From: a virus
Lineage: Duplodnaviria; Heunggongvirae; Uroviricota; Caudoviricetes
Virus record (IMG/VR): IMGVR_UViG_2563366922_000008
Location: 1 to 37,816 of that record
Length of the DNA stretch: 37,816 bases
Reading direction: 5' to 3' (one strand)
Positions 19,847 to 29,835 of the stretch are shown piece by piece (position 1 is the first letter of the stretch; every line of letters starts with the position of its first letter). The notes under the pieces were generated by a model. The model was not told the DNA's origin. It saw only the letters and a list, made by a program, of their open reading frames with translations, and made no database searches. A program made the translations under genes and the position numbers.

Positions 19847-20314
19847 TCATCGAAGGCATTGCGTCCTGATATATTCCTGAAGCGTTCTCAGTGCTGTCTG
19901 GTCTCTGATGATTCCGTCCCGGATACCGAGAACGTTTCGTCCAGCAACTGGAGAGAGTTCGACGGTGGCATCATTGCCCATGCCGGAGGAGCTGGAGGTT
20001 TCGGCTGAGGATGGCACAGGGCATTTTCCTTTGACGAGCACCCGACCACCATTATCAAGCTTGCGCCGAAGAGCATCATTTTCAGCTTTCGCATCAGCTA
20101 ACTCCTTCGTGTATTTAGCATCGAGTGCATCAGCATCACGCTGGCGCTGTTGCATGTCAGTAATGGTGGCGTTCGCCTTCTCCAGTTCACTGGCCTTGTT
20201 ATCGCGCTGTTCTTTGTAGGCGATGGCGTTATCATGGTAATGGTTAACAGCCCATGACAGGCAGACGATGATGCAAATAACCAGAGCGGAGATAATCGCG
20301 GTTACTCTGCTCAT
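19847..20314 (-). CDS. Rz: Spanin inner-membrane subunit Rz (lambda-like)
   Basis: ATG at 20314 overlapping endolysin stop; [26 protein letters not shown]...[30 protein letters not shown] matches lambda Rz as recalled. Confidence 0.8.
   Translation of the reverse strand: MSRVTAIISALVICIIVCLSWAVNHYHDNAIAYKEQRDNKASELEKANATITDMQQRQRDADALDAKYTKELADAKAENDALRRKLDNGGRVLVKGKCPVPSSAETSSSSGMGNDATVELSPVAGRNVLGIRDGIIRDQTALRTLQEYIRTQCLR
19888..20094 (-). CDS. Rz1: Spanin outer-membrane lipoprotein Rz1, embedded in +1 frame of Rz
   Basis: [24 protein letters not shown]... with lipobox VVGC, Pro-rich, fully inside Rz as in lambda. Confidence 0.7.
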   Translation of the reverse strand: MRKLKMMLFGASLIMVVGCSSKENALCHPQPKPPAPPAWAMMPPSNSLQLLDETFSVSGTESSETRQH

Positions 20315-20814
20315 TGCTGCCCCCACAAACAGACTTCACGCTCAATCTCACGACGAGTCATCAGACCTTTCCATTGCTTACCGCCAGCGTATGTCCAGCG
20401 ACGTAGCTGATCACATGCGCCTTTGATATCGCCCTGGTTGATTTTGTGCAGAAGCGTCGATGTTCTGAAATTGCCAGCGCCCACGTTGTAGACGAACGAG
20501 TAAAGAGCGCCGCGCGTTGTTTCCGGTATATCGACTTTGATGTACGGGTTAATTTGTCTGGCGACCGTGGCAAGGTCTTTATTCAGGAGGGCTTTGCATT
20601 CTGCTTCGGTATACGTTTTACCGGGAATGATGTCTTTTCCGGTGTGCCCGTAACATACAGTCCATACACCAACTATGTCTTTGTAAGGATTATGTCTCAC
20701 ACCTTCCAGACCATCGTTACCACTCGGTCCAGTGATTAACACAGATGCTATAGCAATAGCCCCGCCACTTATCGCCGCTATTACGCTATTTCGTAGTGCC
20801 GGTGACATTGCCAT
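20311..20814 (-). CDS. SAR endolysin (T4-lysozyme-like muramidase with N-terminal signal-arrest-release domain)
   Basis: 167-aa ORF with Gly/Ala-rich weakly hydrophobic N-terminus ([23 protein letters not shown]) followed by LEG....Y.D..G.WT.CYGHTG lysozyme catalytic region; phage 21 R-type. Confidence 0.85.
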   Translation of the reverse strand: MAMSPALRNSVIAAISGGAIAIASVLITGPSGNDGLEGVRHNPYKDIVGVWTVCYGHTGKDIIPGKTYTEAECKALLNKDLATVARQINPYIKVDIPETTRGALYSFVYNVGAGNFRTSTLLHKINQGDIKGACDQLRRWTYAGGKQWKGLMTRREIEREVCLWGQQ

Positions 20815-20989
20815 TCAATCTGTCCTCGCGCTCTTTGCGCTTGTAGTACCAGTTGATGCCAAATGTGCCGACAGTACAAAGAATACCAATAATGACAGCC
20901 CAGTCATTCAGGGAGAGAATGCCACCCATCGCAGTCAGTCCTCCGAAACTGTAACTGAACCATTCTCTGATTTTGTCCATACGGTACAT
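20786..20989 (-). CDS. Class II holin / pinholin-like protein with dual-start motif
   Basis: 67-aa [56 protein letters not shown]...; two TM segments; Met1-Tyr-Arg-Met4 dual start; AAGGGG RBS; overlaps endolysin start. Confidence 0.7.
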   Translation of the reverse strand: MYRMDKIREWFSYSFGGLTAMGGILSLNDWAVIIGILCTVGTFGINWYYKRKEREDRLNGNVTGTTK

Positions 20990-21282
20990 GCTCTACCCCT
21001 TCATTGAGGGGATTTGCTCTATTTAATTAGGAATAAGGTCGATTACTGATAGAACAAATCAAGGCTACTGTGTTTAGTAATCAGATTTGTTCGTGACCGA
21101 TATGCACGGGCAAAACGGCAGGAGGTTGTTAGCGCAACCTCTTGCCACCCGCTTTCACGAAGCCAGTCATTGAGCTGGTTTTCTTTTATGCAAAGCACAC
21201 CGCACCGTAGCCACAGCGGATAAGGTGATTATTTTGGTCTGTCTGGTATTTGGTTTGATGCGCTTTCAGAAAGGTCGTGCTT

Positions 21283-21321
21283 AAAACGCAAAAAGCCCCG
21301 AGCTATTAACTCAGGGCTTTA
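21283..21321 (-). terminator. tR'-like rho-independent terminator about 60 nt downstream of pR'
   Basis: Minus strand AAAGCCCUGAG-uuaauagc-UCGGGGCUUUUUGCGUUUU. Confidence 0.6.
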
Positions 21322-21353
21322 TTTAACGAGTGCATTTATCCATCGTTGAGTCA

Positions 21354-21382
21354 AATTTACCCAACTTTATTCAAAAAGTCAA
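21354..21382 (-). promoter_or_regulatory. Late promoter pR' (-35 TTGACT, 17-bp spacer, -10 TAAATT) with adjacent qut region
   Basis: Minus strand TTGACTTTTTGAATAAAGTTGGGTAAATTTGACTCAACGATGG matches lambda pR'/qut as recalled; directly downstream of Q. Confidence 0.6.
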
Positions 21383-21424
21383 TATTATGCCGTTAATATG
21401 TTGCCATCCGTGGCAATCATGCTG

Positions 21425-22048
21425 CTAACGTGTGACCGCATTCAAAATGTTGTCTGCGATTGACTCTTCTTTGTGGCATTGCACCACCAGAGCGTCATAC
21501 AGCGGCTTAACAGTGCGTGACCAGGTGGGTTGGGTAAGATTTGGGATTAGCATCGTCACAGCGCGATATGCGGCGCTTGCTGGCATCCTTGAATAGCCGA
21601 CACCTTTGCATCTTCCGCATTCTTTCTCAACAACTCTCCCCCACTGCTCTGTTTTTGCTATATCAACCGCACGGCCTGTACCGTGACAATCTCTGCATCT
21701 TGCGCCCGGCGTCGCGGCACTACGGCAATAATCCGCATAAGCGAATGTTGCGAGCACTTGCAGTACCTTTGCCTTAGTATTTCCTTCGAGCTTTGCCACA
21801 CCCCGGTATTTCCCCGATACCTTGTGTGCAAATTGCATCAGATAGTTGATAGCCTTTTGTTTGTCGTTCTGGCTGAGTTCGTGCTTACCGCAGAATGCAG
21901 CCATACCGAATCCGGCTTGTGATTGCGCCATCCCCATAGCAGCCATCACATCAGTACCGGAAAGAGAGTCAGAAGCCGTAGCCCGTGGTGAGTCGCTCAT
22001 CATCGGGCTTTTTGGCGAATGAAATTTAGCTACGCTTTCGAGTCTCAT
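21425..22048 (-). CDS. Q: Late antiterminator Q (lambda-type)
   Basis: 207-aa ORF MRLESVAKFHSPKSPMMSDSPRATASDSLSGTDVMAAMGMAQSQAGFGMAAFCGKHELSQNDKQKAINYL... matches lambda Q as recalled. Confidence 0.9.
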   Translation of the reverse strand: MRLESVAKFHSPKSPMMSDSPRATASDSLSGTDVMAAMGMAQSQAGFGMAAFCGKHELSQNDKQKAINYLMQFAHKVSGKYRGVAKLEGNTKAKVLQVLATFAYADYCRSAATPGARCRDCHGTGRAVDIAKTEQWGRVVEKECGRCKGVGYSRMPASAAYRAVTMLIPNLTQPTWSRTVKPLYDALVVQCHKEESIADNILNAVTR

Positions 22049-22233
22049 CGTCTTCCTCTCTTGCCCTGTTTGACCATCAGGACGCCGTTAACTATTACGT
22101 GACGTTCGCCTTTGCTGTCTCGGTTGTACTTGAGCACCGTTCCTCTTGCGCAGGAAAGCATCCTCGCCACTTCGGTCTGATTGCCTCGTGTCTGTATAAG
22201 AAGCTCTGGTATCGTTTGAATTGTGGCGTTCAT
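22045..22233 (-). CDS. ninH: NinH-like protein
   Basis: 62-aa ORF MNATIQTIPELLIQTRGNQTEVARMLSCARGTVLKYNRDSKGERHVIVNGVLMV resembles lambda NinH; overlaps Q start. Confidence 0.65.
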   Translation of the reverse strand: MNATIQTIPELLIQTRGNQTEVARMLSCARGTVLKYNRDSKGERHVIVNGVLMVKQGKRGRR

Positions 22234-22592
22234 ACGTTCTCCAGTTCGGTGATTTTTATTCCAAGCCGTCCGCCTGGTACTTTCACGCCACGAATTACGC
22301 GAATGTCATCGAATTGCTCGTCGTCTTCCGCAAATCCGGCGTGGATAAGGGAGTCGAGTAAACCTTTCAGGATGTTGTCGAGGTCGCGGCGGCGGGAGTC
22401 TGGAACGTCTGCGATGACTTTGATGCGGAGTCGTGATTTGGTGAAAATGTCTAACTTAAGTTGGCGGATGATTTGCTGAACGTCTTTTCGGTATTTCTGG
22501 CCTTTATCGCTGATGTAGTATTGGCTTCCCCGTCTTCGCCAGTAGGTGTTCACCGACGGCGGGTATGGAAGCACAAACTGATATTCGTTCAT
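22230..22592 (-). CDS. rusA: Holliday junction resolvase RusA
   Basis: 120-aa ORF ...LPYPPSVNTYWRRRG....ISDKGQKYRKDV..........RIKVIADVPDSRRRDLDNILKGLLDSLIHAGF..DDEQ..DIRV....V.GGRL.I.ITE, RusA motifs incl. RRRDLDN. Confidence 0.85.
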   Translation of the reverse strand: MNEYQFVLPYPPSVNTYWRRRGSQYYISDKGQKYRKDVQQIIRQLKLDIFTKSRLRIKVIADVPDSRRRDLDNILKGLLDSLIHAGFAEDDEQFDDIRVIRGVKVPGGRLGIKITELENV

Positions 22593-22879
22593 GACTTAAT
22601 CTTCCCCTCCTTCAGCAGTATCGCCTGCGTCCTGATCACGCCTTCGAGGTGGTAAAGTCTGGCGTCTTTGTTGTCGAGGTTATGGGTGCGTCGGTCGATT
22701 TCATCGTGACACGCGCTACAAGCCCATGCACCGATCAGGTCGTCAGGCTTCATTCCCGTTCCGCAAATTCCAGCCATCCGGTAATGTGCCAGAACTGTAG
22801 TTTCAGGGTTGCCATTGCATACGCCGTAAATACGTACCTGGCATTCTCTGCCGCGTGCTTCTTTGCGTAGGTTAGCCAT
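22589..22879 (-). CDS. ybcO: YbcO-like (DUF1364) putative nuclease
   Basis: 96-aa ORF MANLRKEARGRECQVRIYGVCNGNPETTVLAHYRMAGICGTGMKPDDLIGAWACSACHDEIDRRTH resembles E. coli DLP12 YbcO as recalled. Confidence 0.7.
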   Translation of the reverse strand: MANLRKEARGRECQVRIYGVCNGNPETTVLAHYRMAGICGTGMKPDDLIGAWACSACHDEIDRRTHNLDNKDARLYHLEGVIRTQAILLKEGKIKS

Positions 22880-23601
22880 TAAGCAGCCTCCCCTGTTACT
22901 TTCAGCATTCCGTTATCGAGCAGCTTTCTGGTCAGCCACTGTTGACCACGCCCGGTGATTTTTGTGGTGAACGATATCTGTATCCCGTGATTTGTGTTGA
23001 TCGCTGTTTCTTTCACTGTGAAATAGCCGCGATCCATATATTCCTGCATTGGCACATTGCGCCGGGAACCTGAAGCAATAAGGATTTTGTGATCGCGCAT
23101 CCACGCAAACAGTTTGTTTGGACCAATTCCAACAACCTTTGCAAAGTTTCCAATCAAAATTCCGCTGGCCTCGCCAACGCGATCGGCAAACTCAACTTTA
23201 GGTGCGGCAATTGCGAGCTGGTTTTCCAGTTGCATTTTCTTCTCAGCAAGATCAGCAGCAAGGCGCAACGCTTCCGGTAGCGTTTTGGGGATATTAACCG
23301 TAGTTTCTTCAAGCTCTCGCCAACGATCAACAAGACGAGCGGTGAATTCCGGCGACAACTGGGCTACAACGACAATACTGTCTCGCTTACCTTGTTCGCC
23401 CTCAAAAACGTAAGCCTCTACGCCACGAAGTAATCCTAAGTTATTGATTTTTTCGAAAACCACCATTGGGGGATTTCGGATCACACCTCGAGCCGCCAGT
23501 CGTTCAATAGATTGTTTCACCTTGTCATGACGACTTCCCACCAACTCAGCGATTTCAATGCTTGTCATTTTGATGGCGTTGCCATTTATTAACTCATTCA
23601 T
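22879..23601 (-). CDS. Phage antirepressor-like protein (Rha-like N-terminus plus KilA-C domain)
   Basis: 240-aa ORF; N-terminus MTSIEIAELVGSRHDKVKQSIERL (Rha/AntA-like), C-terminus ...NFAKVVGIGPNKLFAWMRDHKILI...YFTVKE...ISFTTKITGRGQQWLTRKL typical KilA-C. Confidence 0.75.
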   Translation of the reverse strand: MNELINGNAIKMTSIEIAELVGSRHDKVKQSIERLAARGVIRNPPMVVFEKINNLGLLRGVEAYVFEGEQGKRDSIVVVAQLSPEFTARLVDRWRELEETTVNIPKTLPEALRLAADLAEKKMQLENQLAIAAPKVEFADRVGEASGILIGNFAKVVGIGPNKLFAWMRDHKILIASGSRRNVPMQEYMDRGYFTVKETAINTNHGIQISFTTKITGRGQQWLTRKLLDNGMLKVTGEAA

Positions 23602-23770
23602 CGTCTTCTTCCTCGTACATTGAGCTATTCGGATCGCTCATCAGTTCTGCGCAGCAGTGCTCACACACATGAACTTCCAGCACATGCAGCTTCTGACCGC
23701 AGTTAGCGCACGTTAAAGCTCGCTCGACGCTTTCTTTCTGGTATTGAAGGGATTGGGATGGGCTAAGCAT
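23594..23770 (-). CDS. ninF: NinF-like protein (58 aa)
   Basis: Hand-translated: [58 protein letters not shown]; resembles lambda NinF; absent from ORF table (<60 aa); 3' end overlaps antirepressor start by 8 nt. Confidence 0.65.
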   Translation of the reverse strand: MLSPSQSLQYQKESVERALTCANCGQKLHVLEVHVCEHCCAELMSDPNSSMYEEEDDE

Positions 23771-24110
23771 TATTGGCGTCCTGCATCAGGAGAAAGACAA
23801 TCATGGCGGCGCGGAGAGGTCTGGTATCAAATATTGGGCTTACGCCTTTTGCATCCACACACCATTCAGTTAACTGGTCTAAGATAGAAATCCTGTATTT
23901 CTCAATAATCGGCCATGAAGCGCTCGGATCATTGCAGTAGTCAGGCAAAGGGTTTAATGGCTCAAGACTTACATCGGCATTTCCGTAATACCATTTGTTG
24001 GTGTTATTCCCTGATGTTTCAGGCTTACATGCCCAAAGGCCTTTAAAAATTATGTCTCCTACCATTCGGTTAATTTCAAAATCACTTAACTGTGAATAAT
24101 CCATTGTCAT
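23763..24110 (-). CDS. Hypothetical nin-region protein (NinX-like by position)
   Basis: ATG at 24110 overlapping NinE stop (ATGA); [34 protein letters not shown]...; family uncertain. Confidence 0.5.
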   Translation of the reverse strand: MTMDYSQLSDFEINRMVGDIIFKGLWACKPETSGNNTNKWYYGNADVSLEPLNPLPDYCNDPSASWPIIEKYRISILDQLTEWCVDAKGVSPIFDTRPLRAAMIVFLLMQDANNA

Positions 24111-24283
24111 TTCCTCGCACGATGTCTTAGCCACCGGATATCCCACAGGTGAGCCGTGTAGTTGAAGGTTTTTACGTCAGATTCTTTTGGGATTGGCTTG
24201 CGTTTATTTCTGGAGCGTTTCGTTGGAAGGTATTTGCAGTTTTCACAGATTATGTCGGTGATACTTCGTCGCTGTCGTCTCAT
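24107..24283 (-). CDS. ninE: NinE-like protein
   Basis: ATG at 24283 overlapping NinB stop; [58 protein letters not shown] resembles lambda NinE (or NinD) as recalled. Confidence 0.65.
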   Translation of the reverse strand: MRRQRRSITDIICENCKYLPTKRSRNKRKPIPKESDVKTFNYTAHLWDIRWLRHRARK

Positions 24284-24690
24284 TCGTACCTCCTGTCGGT
24301 AAATCTGACACCCTGACCAATAGCCCAAGCTGTTGTGTACTCGATAAGACTTGCCATACGCTTCACACTCATCTGCGCGCTGCTTTCGCGAATGTTGACG
24401 TATTCGCCTTCAAGCCCAGGCAAAACATCAGCTTCCTGTTTTGTTGCCACTGCATGACCGCTGATCAACAAAACCTTCCATTGTTCCGGTTTTAACCATT
24501 TTCCGCACCATTGAACCTGACGTGCGATATCCGCCAGCATCGCGTGAAATTTTGCGTTCTGGTCAAGGTTGCGCTTGTAGTCAGTAATGCGGATGGTGAC
24601 TGGCTTGTCTTTATCGAGTGGTGTTGCGAGGATGGCATTTATTGCAGCTTGCTGTTGTTGCTTAGTTCGGAGGAAGATTGTTTGCTTCAC
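24280..24690 (-). CDS. ninB: NinB (Orf-family recombination mediator)
   Basis: 136-aa [24 protein letters not shown]...[32 protein letters not shown] resembles lambda NinB; apparent GTG start with AAGGAG 7 nt upstream. Confidence 0.8.
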   Translation of the reverse strand: MKQTIFLRTKQQQQAAINAILATPLDKDKPVTIRITDYKRNLDQNAKFHAMLADIARQVQWCGKWLKPEQWKVLLISGHAVATKQEADVLPGLEGEYVNIRESSAQMSVKRMASLIEYTTAWAIGQGVRFTDRRYE

Positions 24691-24701
24691 TGAATACTCC
24701 T

Positions 24702-24887
24702 TTATTTTTTATGCCTGTAACCCCATTCTTCCAGCAACCTTGCGGCGTACCACCCAAGAAACAAAGGAAAGAACATTACAATGAGATATTCCCCGCCACG
24801 GTCAATGTTCGAAATTGACCAGATTACGATGTAACCAGTGCAGGACAGGAATATTACAAACCCCAAAAAGCTACTTCGTCGACTCAT
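24702..24887 (-). CDS. Small membrane protein (61 aa, two predicted TM helices)
   Basis: ATG at 24887 with AAGGAG 5 nt upstream; MSRRSSFLGFVIFLSCTGYIVIWSISNIDRGGEYLIVMFFPLFLGWYAARLLEEWGYRHKK. Confidence 0.45.
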   Translation of the reverse strand: MSRRSSFLGFVIFLSCTGYIVIWSISNIDRGGEYLIVMFFPLFLGWYAARLLEEWGYRHKK

Positions 24888-24889
24888 GC

Positions 24890-25204
24890 TCACTCCTTCA
24901 CTTTTATTCCAGCGGCGCGGATGTTTTCCTCATAAGCATCCATTGCATCACCGAAGCCATTGGAATAATCAACAGTAAACCCTTTGGCTAATGCTTCTCT
25001 GCTGTCGATAAACTTTGGCGCGATTATTTCAATAGCTGCTCGCGATGCCTGCCATAAAGCCCACCACTCATTTAAGGAGTGACGAATATCCATGCTTGAA
25101 AATGCAAAGTACCTATCACCATTTCGTGCCTCGGTTATCATCTCGAATGGTAATCTCAATTTTTTGGCAACGTATTCCTCAAACTGCTTTCTTGATTCGT
25201 CCAT
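24890..25204 (-). CDS. Hypothetical 104-aa nin-region protein
   Basis: ORF MDESRKQFEEYVAKKLRLPFEMITEARNGDRYFAFSSMDIRHSLNEWWALWQASRAAIEII...; ATG start. Confidence 0.5.
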   Translation of the reverse strand: MDESRKQFEEYVAKKLRLPFEMITEARNGDRYFAFSSMDIRHSLNEWWALWQASRAAIEIIAPKFIDSREALAKGFTVDYSNGFGDAMDAYEENIRAAGIKVKE

Positions 25205-25221
25205 CGATACTTACCCTCAAT

Positions 25222-25428
25222 TCAACTAACAAAACGCCACGCCATTTTTGCTACGACAACAGGCATAACACCGATAATCACCCAGACAAATGCAGCGCCA
25301 AACAACGTATACCATGGGTCTTTACCGTCATTCACAAGACGAATGTAGCTATGCAGAACAATAAAAAACGTCAGAAGAATCCATCCAACGCCAACGCATT
25401 TGAATGCGACGAGCATAAACTCAGCCAC
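25222..25428 (-). CDS. Small membrane protein (68 aa, two predicted TM helices)
   Basis: ORF (GTG start, GGAG upstream) MAEFMLVAFKCVGVGWILLTFFIVLHSYIRLVNDGKDPWYTLFGAAFVWVIIGVMPVVVAKMAWRFVS. Confidence 0.45.
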   Translation of the reverse strand: MAEFMLVAFKCVGVGWILLTFFIVLHSYIRLVNDGKDPWYTLFGAAFVWVIIGVMPVVVAKMAWRFVS

Positions 25429-25443
25429 GATTTACTCTCCCCC

Positions 25444-25477
25444 AAATAAAAAGGCCTGCGATTACCAGCAGGCCTGT
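25444..25477 (-). terminator. Rho-independent terminator after replication genes (tR2-like position)
   Basis: Perfect 8-bp inverted repeat aggcctgc...gcaggcct with U-tract on the minus-strand transcript, 25 bp downstream of the helicase gene stop. Confidence 0.5.
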
Positions 25478-25500
25478 TATTAGCTCAGTGATGTAGATGG

Positions 25501-26877
25501 TCATACGTCAGCCCCTTGTGCATATCGCCTGCCACGCGCAGCAGGTGCATTTGATGCTGTGCAAATCTGTCTGGCTTCATCCTGGTCACATGCAACAAAG
25601 TGTCCGTTGCAGAACCGCTGGTAAACCGTACCAAGTGAGCCAAAACGGTTTTTCGTCACGATGATTTCAGCAAATGGCGCGGCGCTACTGCTCTCGTCAT
25701 ATACCGCTTCCCGATAGAGCATGATGATTGAGTCTGCGTCCTGCTCAATGCTTCCTGAATCACGCAAATCTGCGTTTGTCGGGCGTTTGTTTGGTCGCTT
25801 CTCAACATCGCGCGAAAGCTGACTCAGGGAGATAACAGGCGTTTTCAGGTCTTTCGCCATCGCCTTCAGGCTTCCGGAGATGTGAGCAATTGCGAGGTCG
25901 TTGCGGTCTGCTTTCGGCTTCTCAATCAGGCCAAGATAATCTGCCATGATGAGTGACAGGTTTGGATTTTCCTGTTTGTGCCGTTCTGCGATTGAGCGAA
26001 TTTCTTCGACCGATAACCGCGAGGCATCGACTACCCATACATCCAAATCTGCAAGCTGACTCATGCCGTTAGCAACACGTGCCCAGCCCTCGTCATCCAT
26101 CGATGCAGGATTTCGCAGTACGCTAACCGACATCCTCCCGGCGTTGGCAATGCTTCGCTCTGCAATCTGCAATGCGCTCATTTCCATTGAGAAAATCAAT
26201 ACCCCGCGCCGGACGTCAGAACCAGGAATAACGCGGCTTGCAACGCCTTCGGCAATCTTCAGCGCCAGTTCGGTTTTCCCCATACCAGGACGAGCAGCGA
26301 TTATCACAAGGTCTTCCGCGTTCATCCCTCCGGTGATGGCATCAAGTTCTTCGATTCCGGTCTTCAGGGTATCTGACTCTTCTCCGTTCCTCAGACGCCT
26401 GTCAAGCGTGTCAGTGTAGTCAGTGATGATTTCCCCTAACCGTACAGGTTTAACCTCGTCACGGGGCTTTCTGATGGCTGAGAGACGTTTTACAAGTTCA
26501 TCCATCGCCTGACTCGATGCGTCGATGGTTCCGCTTTGGATTGGTTCACGCATTTCATCCATGATTTCCAGCACCAGACGGCGGTGATAGTTATCCGCGA
26601 CCATTCCGGCATATCCCTTCAGGTTTGCGGCACTCGGGCAGTTTTTGCTGGTCATCAGGATTGACGTGAAATGCTCCTCTCCGCACTCCTCGGCAACCAT
26701 CAGCGCGTCGATTAGGTTTCTGTTTCGCGCCTGCTTGCGGATAACCTCGAAGGCTTTCCGGTAGAGCGGAATTGAAAACGCTTCCGGCTCCAGCGTTGCC
26801 AGAACGTCGCTGGCGGTTGGAGTTAATCCACCAATCAGCAGGCCACCGATAACGCTCGCTTCGATATCCTGTCTCAT
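25501..26877 (-). CDS. Replicative DNA helicase, DnaB-like (P22 gene 12-type)
   Basis: 458-aa ORF with Walker [10 protein letters not shown], DnaB-type motifs ([35 protein letters not shown]); start overlaps O-like gene stop. Confidence 0.9.
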   Translation of the reverse strand: MRQDIEASVIGGLLIGGLTPTASDVLATLEPEAFSIPLYRKAFEVIRKQARNRNLIDALMVAEECGEEHFTSILMTSKNCPSAANLKGYAGMVADNYHRRLVLEIMDEMREPIQSGTIDASSQAMDELVKRLSAIRKPRDEVKPVRLGEIITDYTDTLDRRLRNGEESDTLKTGIEELDAITGGMNAEDLVIIAARPGMGKTELALKIAEGVASRVIPGSDVRRGVLIFSMEMSALQIAERSIANAGRMSVSVLRNPASMDDEGWARVANGMSQLADLDVWVVDASRLSVEEIRSIAERHKQENPNLSLIMADYLGLIEKPKADRNDLAIAHISGSLKAMAKDLKTPVISLSQLSRDVEKRPNKRPTNADLRDSGSIEQDADSIIMLYREAVYDESSSAAPFAEIIVTKNRFGSLGTVYQRFCNGHFVACDQDEARQICTASNAPAARGRRYAQGADV

Positions 26878-27695
26878 GCAATCCCCCTGTCTGCAAACTT
26901 CCCTTCCCGAACTCCCGTTAACGAGTCTTCCCTCAGCAGGTAATCAAAATCGGCCGTCCAGCCCGTGTCGTTGTCTCCGAAGTAAAACGGCTTGGCCTGA
27001 TGCACAAACGCCCTGACATACGCTCTGAAACCGTCCACGTTTGGCGTTTTCAGTTGCGGGATGATTTTCTTCAGGCGGCGTTTGCGTTTCTCGTTGACCG
27101 CAACAGCGTGTGGCAGTCTGTCACCGACTTCGGCGTTGTAGGCGTTCAGGAAGGATTCGTAGTCGATTCGTTCTGCCTTGCGACGTTCAGGTTTAACCTG
27201 CCCATCGCCTCCCCCATTGGGGGGTAGGGGGGTATTTGTATTTATTGTCTTTTGTATATTGTCTTTTGTGTTTAGCTGACTTGGCTTATACCCATTAGCC
27301 GACTTGGCTAATGTTTTATTAGCTGTTTTAGCTAATGTTAAGCTGTCCTGGCTAATCCACTGAGAAACCACCTTGTTCACTCCGATTTTCACGCCATCAG
27401 CAATGAGGAATTTACGCTCGATAAGCTGGCGCTTGGCAGCGCAAACATGAGTGTGATGAATACCTGTCATGGCTGCTATCTGCGTGTTTGTGAGTCGATC
27501 CATCGGCTTATTGAATCCGTATGTCTTGCGCATGATAGCGAGCATCACCTTCAACTGCCGGACGGTTAAATCAGCCATCAGCAGACTGTCGGTAATCTCG
27601 TTAGCAACGCGCATGAAACCATCTTCGGTATCTGCCACGCGATGCTCCACGACCTCAAGTTGAGTCCTGTAATCAGCTAACTTAACGACGCCCAT
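26874..27695 (-). CDS. Replication initiator, lambda O-like / P22 gene 18-type
   Basis: 273-aa ORF with O-type N-terminal domain ([36 protein letters not shown]), Pro/Gly-rich linker encoded by the iteron region; AGGAG RBS. Confidence 0.8.
   Translation of the reverse strand: MGVVKLADYRTQLEVVEHRVADTEDGFMRVANEITDSLLMADLTVRQLKVMLAIMRKTYGFNKPMDRLTNTQIAAMTGIHHTHVCAAKRQLIERKFLIADGVKIGVNKVVSQWISQDSLTLAKTANKTLAKSANGYKPSQLNTKDNIQKTINTNTPLPPNGGGDGQVKPERRKAERIDYESFLNAYNAEVGDRLPHAVAVNEKRKRRLKKIIPQLKTPNVDGFRAYVRAFVHQAKPFYFGDNDTGWTADFDYLLREDSLTGVREGKFADRGIA
27236..27358 (-). repeat. Replication origin-like element inside the O-like gene: four ~19-bp iterons plus AT-rich tract
   Basis: Plus strand TTAGCTGACTTGGCTTATA / TTAGCCGACTTGGCTAATG / TTAGCTGTTTTAGCTAATG / TTAAGCTGTCCTGGCTAATCC at 27272-27358, preceded by tatttgtatttattgtcttttgtatattgtcttttgtg; arrangement as in ori-lambda. 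Confidence 0.55.
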
Positions 27696-27843
27696 GTTTC
27701 ACTCCTGCTTTGGCTAGTCTGTAAACACCAACAAGGCGCTCTGCGAACGCCCTGTTATTTGCTGCGGCTACCACTAATCCCTCAGGTGAATCAGGGTGTC
27801 GAATCTCTTCTTTTTCCTGGTATTTCTTACGACGTTTTGTCAT
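27682..27843 (-). CDS. Hypothetical small basic protein (53 aa) between cII and O-like gene
   Basis: Hand-translated: ATG at 27843 with AGGAG 5 nt upstream; [53 protein letters not shown]; overlaps O start by about 12 nt. Confidence 0.3.
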   Translation of the reverse strand: MTKRRKKYQEKEEIRHPDSPEGLVVAAANNRAFAERLVGVYRLAKAGVKHGRR

Positions 27844-27875
27844 AATGACTCCTGTGGATTGATCCAGTAATGACC

Positions 27876-28169
27876 TCAGAATTCCATCTGGATTTGTTCA
27901 GAACGCTCGGTTGCCGCCGGGCGTTTTTTATTGGTGAGAATCGAAGCAACTTGTCGTGCCAATCGAGCCATGTCGTCGTCGACGACACCCCATTCAAGAA
28001 CAGCAAGCAGCATTGAGAACTTTGGAATCCAATCCCTCTTCCACCTGCTGATCTGCGACTTATCAACTCCCACAGCTTCCGCTGTCTTCTCAGTTCCAAG
28101 CATTGCGATTTTGTTAAGCAACGCACTCTCGATTCGTAGAGCCTCGTTGCGTTTGTTTGCACGAACCAT
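27876..28169 (-). CDS. cII: Transcriptional activator cII (lambda-type)
   Basis: ATG at 28169: MVRANKRNEALRIESALLNKIAMLGTEKTAEAVGVDKSQISRWKRDWIPKFSMLLAVLEWGVVDDDMARLARQVASILTNKKRPAATERSEQIQMEF, essentially lambda cII as recalled. Confidence 0.9.
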   Translation of the reverse strand: MVRANKRNEALRIESALLNKIAMLGTEKTAEAVGVDKSQISRWKRDWIPKFSMLLAVLEWGVVDDDMARLARQVASILTNKKRPAATERSEQIQMEF

Positions 28170-28202
28170 ATGTAAGTATTTCCTTAGATAACAATTGATT
28201 GA

Positions 28203-28226
28203 ATGTATGCAAATAAATGCATACAC
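28203..28226 (-). terminator. Hairpin in cro-cII intergenic region (tR1 region)
   Basis: Inverted repeat gtatgca/tgcatac; region matches the lambda nutR-tR1 leader as recalled; exact termination point not determinable. Confidence 0.35.
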
Positions 28227-28248
28227 CATAGGTGTGGTTTAATTTGAT

Positions 28249-28280
28249 GCCCTTTTTCAGGGCTGGGATGTGTAAGAGCG
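28249..28280 (-). promoter_or_regulatory. nutR (boxA CGCTCTTAC, boxB GCCCTGAAAAAGGGC)
   Basis: Minus strand reads CGCTCTTACACATCCCAGCCCTGAAAAAGGGC just downstream of cro. Confidence 0.75.
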
Positions 28281-28288
28281 GGAATGTC

Positions 28289-29641
<1,353 letters not shown>

Positions 29642-29691
29642 TCCCCACCTCAATCTCAGTAACCCAAAAACAAACTATTTTCCGTTTAAAA

Positions 29692-29759
29692 ACAATGGAG
29701 TTTGTTTTTTGCACCTCCATTTACAATATTTCTTGTTTACAACATACAATCTTTCTTGT
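29692..29759. promoter_or_regulatory. Left operator OL (three 434-type sites) with PL
   Basis: ACAATGGAGTTTGT (29692-29705), ACAATATTTCTTGT (29723-29736), ACAATCTTTCTTGT (29746-29759) upstream of nutL and N. Confidence 0.8.
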
Positions 29760-29804
29760 AATTTTAAGCCATCAGCAGGACGCACTGACCACCATTGAAG
29801 GTGA

Positions 29805-29835
29805 CGCTCTTAAAAATTAAGCCCTGAAGAAGGGC
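29805..29835 (+). promoter_or_regulatory. nutL (boxA CGCTCTTAA, boxB GCCCTGAAGAAGGGC)
   Basis: gaCGCTCTTAAaaattaaGCCCTGAAGAAGGGCag in the N leader. Confidence 0.8.

Noticed and set aside
27236-27358. Clustered short repeats considered as CRISPR-like or transposon-end repeats
   Set aside because: Four iterons plus an AT-rich tract inside the O-like initiator gene fit a lambdoid replication origin.
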